Below the pieces are notes generated by a model. The model was not told the DNA's origin. It was given only the letters and a program-made list of their open reading frames with translations, and did not search any database. DNA of 64,000 bases from contig JADJIA010000006.1 of assembly GCA_016707285.1 (NCBI GenBank), forward strand, positions 8,268-72,267, read 5' to 3'. This DNA is from Ignavibacteriales bacterium. Its GTDB lineage: Bacteria > Bacteroidota > Ignavibacteria > Ignavibacteriales > Ignavibacteriaceae. Shown one piece after another: positions 1 through 8,936 of the stretch (positions within the stretch are counted from its first letter, which is position 1; the number at the start of each line of letters is the position of its first letter). The position numbers and the translations under genes were made by a program.

Positions 1-1
1 G

Positions 2-529
2 GCTGGAATTACTGAACCAAATGCAATGGTTCTCTCTACTGTATCCTCCGATGGTGCTCCTGCTTCAAGAACTGTACTTCTTAAAGGAACCGACAAAAGA
101 TCATTTCATTTTTATACTAATTACAACAGTGAAAAAGGAACACATATTAGCGAGAATAATAATGTGAGTCTGCTTTTCCTTTGGCTTGATCTTGAAAGAC
201 AAGTCAGAATTACCGGTGAAGCATACATGTTATCAAATGAAGAATCTCTAAACTATTTTCGAAGCCGACCGCTGGATTCTCAAATAGGAGCATGGGCATC
301 AGATCAAAGCATGGTGATCCCTTCACGACAGTTTCTTGAAGAGAAGTTTTCAGAAATGAAAAAGAAATTTAAGGACAACGCGATACCACTTCCCCTGTTT
401 TGGGGTGGTTACAAAGTGGTACCGTCAAAAATTGAATTTTGGCAAGGACGACCCAACCGGCTCCATGACAGATTCCGCTACACAAAACTCGACGAAAACA
501 ACTGGAAAATTGAAAGACTCTCACCGTAA
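2..529 (+). CDS. pdxH: Pyridoxamine/pyridoxine 5'-phosphate oxidase, 5' end cut by the window edge
   Basis: The frame is open to the window edge (AGITEPNAMVLSTV...). The C-terminal IEFWQGRPNRLHDRFRY is the classic PNP oxidase signature. Stop TAA at 527-529. Confidence 0.9.
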   Translation, partial: AGITEPNAMVLSTVSSDGAPASRTVLLKGTDKRSFHFYTNYNSEKGTHISENNNVSLLFLWLDLERQVRITGEAYMLSNEESLNYFRSRPLDSQIGAWASDQSMVIPSRQFLEEKFSEMKKKFKDNAIPLPLFWGGYKVVPSKIEFWQGRPNRLHDRFRYTKLDENNWKIERLSP

Positions 530-544
530 GCTCAGCAGTGTAAA

Positions 545-705
545 AGGGTACGCGGATACACGCAGATTAGACAGATTCTCGCAGATAGCGATTATTATTC
601 TTATCCTCCCCTCTACTTTTAGGAGAGGGGTCGGGGGTGAGGTCCATTAAGTGGTTTCCCTCAATCCCCCCTTTGCGTCCTTAGCGGCCTTTGCGGTTTA
701 ACTTT
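545..705 (-). repeat. Composite intergenic repeat, copy A (inverted relative to copy B)
   Basis: The reverse complement of 546-584 is CTGCGAGAATCTGTCTAATCTGCGTGTATCCGCGTACCC, which aligns with 24746-24783. The reverse complement of 670-700 is AAACCGCAAAGGCCGCTAAGGACGCAAAGG, which matches the AACCGCAAAGG...ACGCAAAGG units at 24532-24565. It fills the gap between the convergent pdxH and EamA genes. Confidence 0.7.
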
Positions 706-713
706 GAAATCCC

Positions 714-1646
714 CTATCCAATCACAAACTTCCGTCGTCGTCGTCTCTCAACCATCACCGTTCTAAGGGCAATTGCAGCAACTATTATCACTCCTCCTGC
801 TATCGCAAATGTCGATGGCGTTTCCCCGTAACCAATCAACACCCATACCGGATTAAGGACCGGTTCAATCATTGCGAGAAGTGAAGCCTCAATTGCTTCC
901 ACTTTGTTAATGCCGTAACTAAAAATTACATAAGCAACCCCTATCTGGAAAATACCAAGATAGCCAACCATCAGCAGGTCGGAAGAGCTTAAAGTCGTAA
1001 TTTCAAACATCGAAAATGAAGTGAACAGCGCAACAAACAGATTTCCATAAAAAATGGTACTCCATTTAAAGTCTTCCCCCGATTTTCTCATTCCCAGGAA
1101 CATCCCGGTAAGGCACAAACCGGAGACAAGGGCAAATGAGTTCCCTTCAATATCGCCGGGTGACAGTTTTCCCACAAAAAAGAGAGCCATTCCAATAAAA
1201 CAAAAAACGATTGTAATCAGATTTACCCGTTCAAACTTCGTCTTTAACAGGAGCGGTTCAAGAATCAGCACATAAATAGGTGCTGTATACTGTAAAAAAA
1301 TCGCATTCGCAGCGGTTGTTAGTTTGGTCGCCATTACAAAAAATACAAGGACTCCTGCATAAAACAGCCCTGTCATTATCGACCATTTATTGAACTTTAA
1401 CGCATCCTTTCTGAACAAAGCAAGAATAACAAGACCCGCAAAAAGTGATCTAAAAAATGATAATTGTAATGAATTTAAGGTAATCAGTTTGATAAACAGC
1501 CCTCCGGTGCTCCAGAGGAGTGCTGCAATAACAACCGCCATGATACCTTTTTTGTGGTATGAACTGTCCAAGCTTTTCCTGAAAAAAAGAGAAAAATAAA
1601 CGATCAAATTTAACCTTTTACCCTTTGTTCTTGAGACAACTTTCAA
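714..1646 (-). CDS. EamA/DMT-family (drug/metabolite) transporter
   Basis: Highly hydrophobic ORF with about 10 helices arranged as two EamA-like halves (LLWSTGGLFIK..., GVAYVIFSYGINKVEAIEASLL). An alternative start at Met36 (1541) is possible. Confidence 0.8.
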   Translation of the reverse strand: MKVVSRTKGKRLNLIVYFSLFFRKSLDSSYHKKGIMAVVIAALLWSTGGLFIKLITLNSLQLSFFRSLFAGLVILALFRKDALKFNKWSIMTGLFYAGVLVFFVMATKLTTAANAIFLQYTAPIYVLILEPLLLKTKFERVNLITIVFCFIGMALFFVGKLSPGDIEGNSFALVSGLCLTGMFLGMRKSGEDFKWSTIFYGNLFVALFTSFSMFEITTLSSSDLLMVGYLGIFQIGVAYVIFSYGINKVEAIEASLLAMIEPVLNPVWVLIGYGETPSTFAIAGGVIIVAAIALRTVMVERRRRRKFVIG

Positions 1647-1671
1647 AATATATTTAAATAAATTAAAAATA

Positions 1672-1745
1672 ATGGAAACTAACTATTGCATATTTAGTTT
1701 CCATATGCTATTTTAGAAACCATAATATTAATTTTTAGTTTCCAT
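1672..1745. promoter_or_regulatory. Candidate TetR operator set in the divergent EamA/TetR intergenic region
   Basis: Perfect 11-bp inverted repeat ATGGAAACTAA (1672-1682) / TTAGTTTCCAT (1694-1704) with an 11-bp spacer. There is a degenerate half-site TTAGAAACCAT (1713-1723) and a third exact TTAGTTTCCAT (1735-1745) that overlaps the TetR ATG at 1744. Confidence 0.55.
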
Positions 1746-2376
1746 GACAAAACAAGAACAACAAAAACAAAAAATCGCCGAATTTGCTTTAAGTCATTAT
1801 CGACAACACGGATTTTCAAAAGTCCCAATGGATGATATTGCTTCAGGGCTTCGCATAAGCAAAAAAACGATTTATAAGTATTACAGTTCGAAAGAAGAAC
1901 TTGTTGAGGCTGCGTTTCGAACTTTTATGGTTTCAGCTTCAGGGTTCGTAACCGAGGTCTCATTAAGCGCAAATCCTTCTGTGGTTAAATTGGTTCTGAT
2001 TCTAAGGCATATGTTGAAGGAATCGTCGACTATCTCAAATCACTTCCTTATAGATCTTCAGAATGACTTGCCCGCTCTTTGGAAAGAATTTGACACCTTC
2101 AGAGGTGGAATGATGCGAAAGGTTGTTCCAAAAATATTCAAACAGGGAGTTGAGGAAGGTTATGTGAGGGATGCCCCTGTTGCGCTTGTCGTAACGATAT
2201 TCATCTCGGGTATCAGATCGATACTGAAAAAGGAGTTTCTTGATGAAACCGGTTTTACGATGAACCAGGCATTGGGCCACTTTTATAAATTTTTATTAGG
2301 TACCATTCTTACCGAAAAAGGTAAAGAAGAATTTTCAAATATGTTATATGGAGTATTTCAAAATGAGAAGTATTAA
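1744..2376 (+). CDS. TetR/AcrR-family transcriptional regulator
   Basis: N-terminal helix-turn-helix (FSKVPMDDIASGLRISKKTIYKYYSSKEEL) followed by a helical ligand-binding domain. It sits upstream of an efflux operon and divergent from a transporter gene. Confidence 0.9.
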   Translation: MTKQEQQKQKIAEFALSHYRQHGFSKVPMDDIASGLRISKKTIYKYYSSKEELVEAAFRTFMVSASGFVTEVSLSANPSVVKLVLILRHMLKESSTISNHFLIDLQNDLPALWKEFDTFRGGMMRKVVPKIFKQGVEEGYVRDAPVALVVTIFISGIRSILKKEFLDETGFTMNQALGHFYKFLLGTILTEKGKEEFSNMLYGVFQNEKY

Positions 2377-3332
2377 AATTCTCGTTCTATCCGGTCTTTT
2401 TTCACTGGTTATAAGCGGTTGTAAGGAGGAAGTGGATACAAAGAGTGTAAAAGTCTCAGGAAATCTGGAAGCAATCAGTGTCACTCTTGGTGCTCAAACG
2501 CCGGGTCTTGTTGTCAATTTTCCCTTCGAGGAGGGTGATGAGGTGAAGATGAACGATACAGTTGTAAAAATTGACGATTCCAATCTTCTGCTTCAACTCG
2601 AGAAAATGGGTGCTCTAATCGACGGAGCCGATGCACAATATTCTCTGCTTTTAAGCGGTGCCAGAAAAGAGGATATAAAACAAGCCGAGGAAATGAAATC
2701 ACAGTTGGAGACAAATTTGAAATTGGCTGAGTCTGATTATCAGAGAATTCTAAATCTGCATAACTCAGGTTCAGTAACAAAAAAACAACTCGATGATATC
2801 GATACAAAAGTGAAATTGCTGAAATCACAATTGAATGCTGCAAATGAGAATCTGCAAAAAGGTTAAAACAATTATCAGACCGGAAGAATTAAAATCTGCG
2901 CTGGCGAGAAAAAAGGAAGCTGCAGTTGGAGCCGATATCCTCAAAAACAGTATAGATAAGTGTTATATCATTTCACCCATCGCCGGTAGAGTTGTAAAAA
3001 AATACTTCAGAAAAGGAGAGATGGCGGGGGCAATGTCATCGTTGGTTAAAATTTCGGCAATAGAAGAACTGGATCTGATTGTATATCTCCAGGAAACAGA
3101 TCTTGGAAAGGTTAAAACCGGACAGGCGGTTGATGTAAAAATTGACAGCTATCCAACCAAATCATATTCGGGTAAAGTTATTTTTATCTCACCTGAAGCT
3201 GCATTTACACCCAAAAACATTCAGACTGAGGATGAGAGAACTCGCCTCGTTTACGAAATGAAAATTAGAGTGAAAAACCAGAACAACGAGCTTAAAGATG
3301 GTATGCCGGCAGATGCAACCATCAAATTTTGA
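2363..3332 (+). pseudogene. HlyD-family membrane-fusion (periplasmic adaptor) lipoprotein, split by a -1 frameshift (or sequencing error)
   Basis: Signal peptide with lipobox LVISGC, a coiled-coil segment, and ISPIAGRVV... and DGMPADATI in the C-terminal half. ORFs 2348-2866 and 2835-3332 are two halves in different frames. Adding one A to the A5 run at 2856-2860 gives a continuous ...NENLQKKVKTIIRPEEL... Confidence 0.75.
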
Positions 3333-3347
3333 TTTTTCGGAATATAG

Positions 3348-4295
3348 ATGACGACGCAAAATCAAATCAGTAAAGAATTAATTCCGGCGATAACTATTGA
3401 AGGACTTTCAAAGTTATTTGGTGAAACCGTTGCTATCAAAAAACTCTCACTGACGCTTTATAAAGGTGAAATGTTTGGACTTGTTGGTCCGGATGGTGCA
3501 GGTAAAACAACAACGATGCGGATTTTGTGTGCATTAACAAAACCCGAAGCAGGAAATGTCACTATTTTTGGAAAACCGATTGCACTTGCCAAAAGGGAAA
3601 TTCAGAACGGTGTTGGTTATCTGTCTCAAAAGTTTTCGCTCTATGGTGATCTGACGGTGGATGAGAATATCGAATTTTTTGCGAGGATTCATAATGTAAA
3701 AAACTTTGAGAAAAGAAGAGATGAACTTCTCGAATTGATGCGGCTGATAAAATTTCGCGATAGAGCTGCCGAAAAACTCTCCGGTGGAATGAAGCAGAAG
3801 CTTGCCCTCGCTTGCTCCCTTATCCATAAACCCGAAATTCTTTTTTTGGACGAACCAACTACCGGCGTTGACCCCGTTTCAAGAAGGGATTTTTGGAAAA
3901 TTCTTTCAACTTTACAGAGAGATGGGATAACCATACTACTGACCACCCCCTATCTCGATGAAGCTGAGAGATGTAACAGGATCGGTCTTATGAATCAAGG
4001 CGAACTGATTGCAACAGGAACTCCTGTTGAAGTTAAAAACTCGGTTAAAATGTCTGTCCTTGAAATCTATATTGAAAATGTAAGGAAAATCTCAAAATTT
4101 ATTAAAGAGGATTTAATGATTGAATCCCAGGCTTTTGGAGACAGAATTGCAATTGTCACTAATGAGCCGTTGGAAACATTACAAAAGATTGAAAAATCGC
4201 TTTCTGAGACAGGTTCGAAAATATCAGAGCACAGAATTAAGCCACCATCTCTTGAAAATATTTTTATTCACCTGGTAAGCAATAACTACAGGTAA
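3348..4295 (+). CDS. ABC transporter ATP-binding protein (ABC-2 exporter type)
   Basis: Walker A GPDGAGKTT, signature LSGGMKQKL, Walker B ILFLDEPTTGVD. Confidence 0.92.
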   Translation: MTTQNQISKELIPAITIEGLSKLFGETVAIKKLSLTLYKGEMFGLVGPDGAGKTTTMRILCALTKPEAGNVTIFGKPIALAKREIQNGVGYLSQKFSLYGDLTVDENIEFFARIHNVKNFEKRRDELLELMRLIKFRDRAAEKLSGGMKQKLALACSLIHKPEILFLDEPTTGVDPVSRRDFWKILSTLQRDGITILLTTPYLDEAERCNRIGLMNQGELIATGTPVEVKNSVKMSVLEIYIENVRKISKFIKEDLMIESQAFGDRIAIVTNEPLETLQKIEKSLSETGSKISEHRIKPPSLENIFIHLVSNNYR

Positions 4296-4299
4296 CCAA

Positions 4300-5622
4300 A
4301 TGACTTATAAAAACATAAAAACAATTTTTGCAATATTGATTGCAACTACAACACTCGTTAATGCTCAAAAAATGAGTCTTGAGGAGTGTATTAAAAGAGG
4401 TCTCGAAAATAGCAAATCGCTATCAATCAGCAACACAAACATCGCCCGAAATGAAGGATTGAATAATGAGATTTCAGCAGCTAAACTGCCTCAAGTCAAA
4501 CTATTTGCATCCTACTCGCGGCTTTCAGATGTGCCAAATTCTGAGATAAAACTACCGATAATGCCTAATCCCGTTGTTCTTCAAGAACCGATTCTGAACA
4601 GTTACAATCTTCGCCTGAATGTGACTCAACCTGTTTTTACCGGGAACAGAATTTCCTCTCAGGAAAAAGGGATCGAAAATCAGACAAAAAGTTAAAAGCC
4701 GATTATGAGATATTAAAAAAACGAAGAAACGATCAAAATAATCGCAGCTTATTATAGTCTTTCAGCAGCTATGGAACAACTGAAGCTTGTGAATGAAAAC
4801 ATTGCTATGATGCAAAAAAGACTTACTGATATAAATGATTTTCTTCAGAACGGGCTCGCAACAAAAAATGATGTTCTTAAAGTTGAAGTGCAGATTTCCA
4901 ATCTGATTTCAAAAAGAATAGATGCAGAGATCGCAATAAATTCCGCGAAAGCTCAATTGAATACAGTAATGGGGAGAGATATTAATACTCCTCTGGAAAT
5001 TGATGAATTCATTTTTCGCCCACTGGAATCAGCCGGAGAATTTGAGTGGATGAGAGATATGGCTAAAACAAAACGAGGTGAATTCAACTCCCTTGCACTT
5101 AAACAGGAGGTTTTGGAAGAGAATCTTAATGTTGCCCGCTCGGGATATCTCCCCGATCTCTTTTTGAGTTCAAATCTCTATTATTCTAATCCAACACAAA
5201 GAATATTTCCGCAAAAGGATGAATTCCGTGCAACCTGGGATGTTTCCTTAAATCTCCAATGGACCGTTCTCGATTGGGGTTCAACATCAGCCAAGGTTGA
5301 ACAGGTTAATCAATCGATTAAAGGTTTGCAGACCTCCAAAAAACAGATTGAAGATGCTATTGACAATGAGGTATATCAAAATTATATACTCTTGAATGGG
5401 GCAAAAGAAAAACTGTTGAATTTGGAGAAAACACTCGAACAGGCAGAAGAAAACTATCGTGTGACACTCGAAAACTATAAAGCACAGAACGCAACTGCTG
5501 CTGATCTTCTGGATGCAGACACTCTTCTCTTTGCGGCAAAAATAAATCTCCAGCTTGCGAAAATTAATCTGGTTGTGTCAGACTATAAACTTAAAAAATC
5601 GACAGGAAGGCCTCTTTTCTGA
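4300..5622 (+). pseudogene. TolC-family outer-membrane efflux protein, interrupted by two compensating indels
   Basis: The N-terminal part (4300-4695) and C-terminal part (4771-5622) are in the same frame. In between, frame 1 has stops at 4693 and 4714, while another frame reads KKLKADYEILKK. Repair at the A5 run (4686-4690) and A7 run (4715-4721) gives ...ENQTKKLKADYEILKNEETIKIIAAYYSLSAAMEQLKL..., a typical TolC helical repeat. Confidence 0.75.
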
Positions 5623-6548
5623 TGAGTGCAATTGAAGTGATTAAATTGACCAAAAAATTTGGGGATTTTGTCTCAGTTGATGAAGTAAGTTTTTCAATAG
5701 CGCAAGGTGAAATTTTTGGATTTCTGGGGGCAAACGGTGCAGGTAAATCAACTACCATAAAGATGCTTTGTGGACTGCTTGAACCAACTTCAGGAGACGC
5801 CAGGGTTGGAGGTTACAGCATCATCAGTGACCCTGAAAAGGTTAAAGCCAATATTGGATACATGTCACAGAAATTCAGCCTCTATAATGATTTATCCGTT
5901 GAAGAGAATATCAACTTTTTTGGCGGAGTTTATGGCCTTAACAAAAAAGAACTTGAAGAACGAAAAAAATGGGCAATGCAAGTCTCCTTCCTTGAAGGAA
6001 AAGAAAAAACTTTAACCGGCAGCCTTCCCGGGGGAATAAAACAGAGGCTTGCTCTGGCAACAGCAGTTATCCACCGACCCGGAATAGTATTCCTTGATGA
6101 ACCAACCAGTGGAGTTGACCCAATATCCCGCAGAGCATTCTGGGAATTGATTAATTCCCTTTCAGAAGAGGGAATTACAGTTTTTGTAACCACTCATTAC
6201 CTCGAAGAAGCTGAATATTGTGCAAATATCATTTTGATTAATGCAGGGAAAATTATTGCCGAAGGCACCCCGACAGCTTTAAAACAAAACTATATAAAGT
6301 CGAAAGTTCTTGAAATAGAAGCAAAAGACAGCATAGAGTTGATGAGTCTGATCGAATCTTCCCAACTTAAAGGCGAGATCTCAATTTTTGGTGAAAAGAT
6401 TCACTTCATACCTGAGAGCAACACTGTTTCTTCTAATCAAATAATCGCCTGGTTGCTTGCAACTTATAAAGATTATGACCTCAAAATCACGGAAATTGTC
6501 CCTTCGTTGGAAGATGTTTTTATCCATCTAATCGAAAAGAAGTACTAA
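5622..6548 (+). CDS. ABC transporter ATP-binding protein (second ATPase of the system)
   Basis: Walker A GANGAGKST, signature LPGGIKQRL, Walker B IVFLDEPTSGVD. Its start overlaps the TolC stop (ATGA-type junction at 5619-5624). Confidence 0.92.
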   Translation: MSAIEVIKLTKKFGDFVSVDEVSFSIAQGEIFGFLGANGAGKSTTIKMLCGLLEPTSGDARVGGYSIISDPEKVKANIGYMSQKFSLYNDLSVEENINFFGGVYGLNKKELEERKKWAMQVSFLEGKEKTLTGSLPGGIKQRLALATAVIHRPGIVFLDEPTSGVDPISRRAFWELINSLSEEGITVFVTTHYLEEAEYCANIILINAGKIIAEGTPTALKQNYIKSKVLEIEAKDSIELMSLIESSQLKGEISIFGEKIHFIPESNTVSSNQIIAWLLATYKDYDLKITEIVPSLEDVFIHLIEKKY

Positions 6549-6549
6549 G

Positions 6550-7683
6550 ATGTTGAACACGACAATTGCAATAGCAAAAAAGGAATTTAAACATCTCGTA
6601 AGAGACAAACGACTTTTTGGAATACTTATCTTTTTCCCGGTATTTTTGTTGGCATTTTTTGGATACGCTGTTGATTTTGATGTAACCAATATCAAACTCG
6701 CTGTACTGGATCTCGATAATTCACCACTGAGCAGAAAATTTATCAGCGAAACTACTTCTTCGGATTATTTTGGTGATCCACTCTATCTGAATAGTTCCAA
6801 CGAAATTAAAAGTCTGTTGGATCGAGGGACAGTACAAGTGGCAATAACAATCCCCGAGAATTTTGACTTTGAACTTCAAAATGGGAACAAGACAGCTATT
6901 CAATATTTGGTGGATGGGGTAAATGCAAACTCTGCAATAGTGATCGCAAATTATCTTGAGGCCGCAATAGCCACATTTAACGGGAAGTTCAGAGCGGATA
7001 AGTTAAAGATGAGTGGTGTCAATCTTACACCACCGGTAACCCTCACCCCCAAATTCCTCTACAACCCTGAGCTTAGAAGTACTCTGTTTTTTATTCCGGG
7101 GTTAATCTCGATGATTCTTATAATTACTGCTGTGGTTAGTGTATCACTTTCATTGGTTAGAGAGAATGAAAGAAACACAATTGAACAGATCAGGGTATCA
7201 CCTGTCTCCACCATGTCGCTACTGGTGGGTAAGATTCTCCCTTATCTTGGGGTTGCTTACTTGAACGCGGCGATGATTCTTATTGTGGGTTATTTTCTTT
7301 TTGGGGTGGAGACGATGGGGAGTTATTTTGATTTAATTTATACAACTCTGATCTTTTTGTTTGCATGTACATCTTTGGGCTATCTGGTATCGGTAATTTC
7401 GCCCAATACTCAGATTGCTTTTACGCTGGGAACATTTATTTCGCTGTTGCCTGCACTGATTCTTTCAGGATTTATTTTTCAAATTGAAAGTATGCCTCCC
7501 ATTATTCAGATTATGACAAATATTACACCTACAAAGTTCTTTAACAATATAATGCGGTCAATTATTCTTAGGGGCACAGGAGTTGAAACTTTTTATAAAG
7601 ATATTTTTTCTTTATTGGTGTACATCGCAGTAGTCTTGGCGCTCTCCGTTGGTATTACCAGGATTAAAGACAGGAAACTTTAA
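6550..7683 (+). CDS. ABC-2 family transporter permease
   Basis: N-terminal transmembrane helix, a large periplasmic loop, and a C-terminal bundle of 5 helices. The VRENERNTIEQIRVSPVS motif is typical of YbhR/YbhS-like permeases. Confidence 0.88.
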   Translation: MLNTTIAIAKKEFKHLVRDKRLFGILIFFPVFLLAFFGYAVDFDVTNIKLAVLDLDNSPLSRKFISETTSSDYFGDPLYLNSSNEIKSLLDRGTVQVAITIPENFDFELQNGNKTAIQYLVDGVNANSAIVIANYLEAAIATFNGKFRADKLKMSGVNLTPPVTLTPKFLYNPELRSTLFFIPGLISMILIITAVVSVSLSLVRENERNTIEQIRVSPVSTMSLLVGKILPYLGVAYLNAAMILIVGYFLFGVETMGSYFDLIYTTLIFLFACTSLGYLVSVISPNTQIAFTLGTFISLLPALILSGFIFQIESMPPIIQIMTNITPTKFFNNIMRSIILRGTGVETFYKDIFSLLVYIAVVLALSVGITRIKDRKL

Positions 7684-7685
7684 TT

Positions 7686-8823
7686 ATGAACATCATCCTT
7701 CGGATAATCATAAAAGAATTCCAACAGTTCCGCCGTGATCCTAAAATGTTTGGAATTATCCTGATTTCACCGATCATTCAATTGGTACTGTTGGGTTATG
7801 CCGCCACACTGGATCTTAATGTTGTTCATGCTGTGGTTTTGGATTTGGATAAAACAGAAACAAGTCGGGAATTGATTCGTGAATTTTCAGGATCCACTTA
7901 TTTTAGTATCGACAAATATTGCACTACCTACGATGAAGTATATAACGAAATTGACAATGGAAAAATTCTGGCAGCTGTGGTTATTCCACGCGATTTTGAA
8001 AAGGATATCAACAGGAATGAGACGGCAGTGGTTCAGGGGATTTTTAACGGAAGTGATGGTAACTCAGCATCAATAGCTTCAGGGTATGTCTCGAAAATAT
8101 TGATTAAGTTCACCGGTGATCTCGCCACGGAAAGAATCAAGTTGAGAGGTATCCAACGAATCCCTGCAGGAGAGGTTACTTCACAGTCCAGAATTTGGTT
8201 TAATCCGGCACTTCAATCTCAGATTTTTATGGTACCGGCAATTGTAGGGTTGTTATTGAGCCTTATTACTTTACTTTTAACTTCCCTTGCTATCGTTAAA
8301 GGAAAAGGAGATTGGTACCCTGGAGCAACTCATTGTTACCCCCGTTAAATCTTATCAACTTATCGCCGGTAAATTAATTCCATTTGCAATACTCGGTTTT
8401 ATTTCTGTTGTGATAGTCCTTACCGGAATGAAATTTATTTTTGAGATTGATGTAAAAGGTGAGGTTTCGTTTCTTTTTGTAAGTTCATTTATTTACATTT
8501 TGTCAACTCTTGGACTGGGATTATTAGTCTCTACTTTTTCAAAAACACAGCAACAAGCAATGATGCTTGCGGTTTTTGCGATTATGTTACCCCTGGTCTT
8601 TTTGTCCGGATTTGCTTTTCCAGTCGAAAACATGCCCGAAATATTTCAGGATATAAGCGTAATTATTCCACTCAAATATTTCCTCCTAATTATCAGAGGA
8701 GTGATTCTAAAAGGAGCGGGTTTTGCAGAGCACTGGCAAGATGGACTCGCGATGTTTGTTATCGGAGTTGTAATTCTGGGAATAAGCATCCTCCGTTTTA
8801 AAAAATTGAGTAAACGGAATTAG
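7686..8823 (+). pseudogene. ABC-2 family transporter permease (paralog of the previous gene), split by a +1 frameshift
   Basis: ORFs 7686-8348 and 8287-8823 are in different frames. Removing one base at about 8301 (GTT AAA [G] GAA AAG GAG) gives LAIVKEKEIGTLEQLIVTPV, which parallels VRENERNTIEQIRVSPV in the paralog. Confidence 0.75.
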
Positions 8824-8861
8824 ATTAAATATTAAATATTATTTTGCGAAGTTCTTCCAAT

Positions 8862-8900
8862 AAAAAAAGCCCGTTAGGTATTCTAAACGGGCTTTATAAT
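8862..8900. terminator. Bidirectional hairpin terminator between convergent operons
   Basis: Stem AGCCCGTT (8868-8875) / AACGGGCT (8886-8893), flanked by an A-run upstream and a T-rich tract downstream. Confidence 0.7.
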
Positions 8901-8936
8901 TTATCACTCAGTAAAATGTTTCACAACAAATTAATC

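Noticed and set aside
405-650. 81-aa ORF overlapping the pdxH 3' end and repeat copy A
   Set aside because: It is out of frame within a well-supported gene and continues into repeat DNA. It has no motif.
4300-5622. Programmed ribosomal frameshifting as the explanation for the TolC split
   Set aside because: It would need two opposite shifts 29 nt apart with no slippery heptamer or stimulatory structure. Indels in the A-runs are a far simpler explanation.
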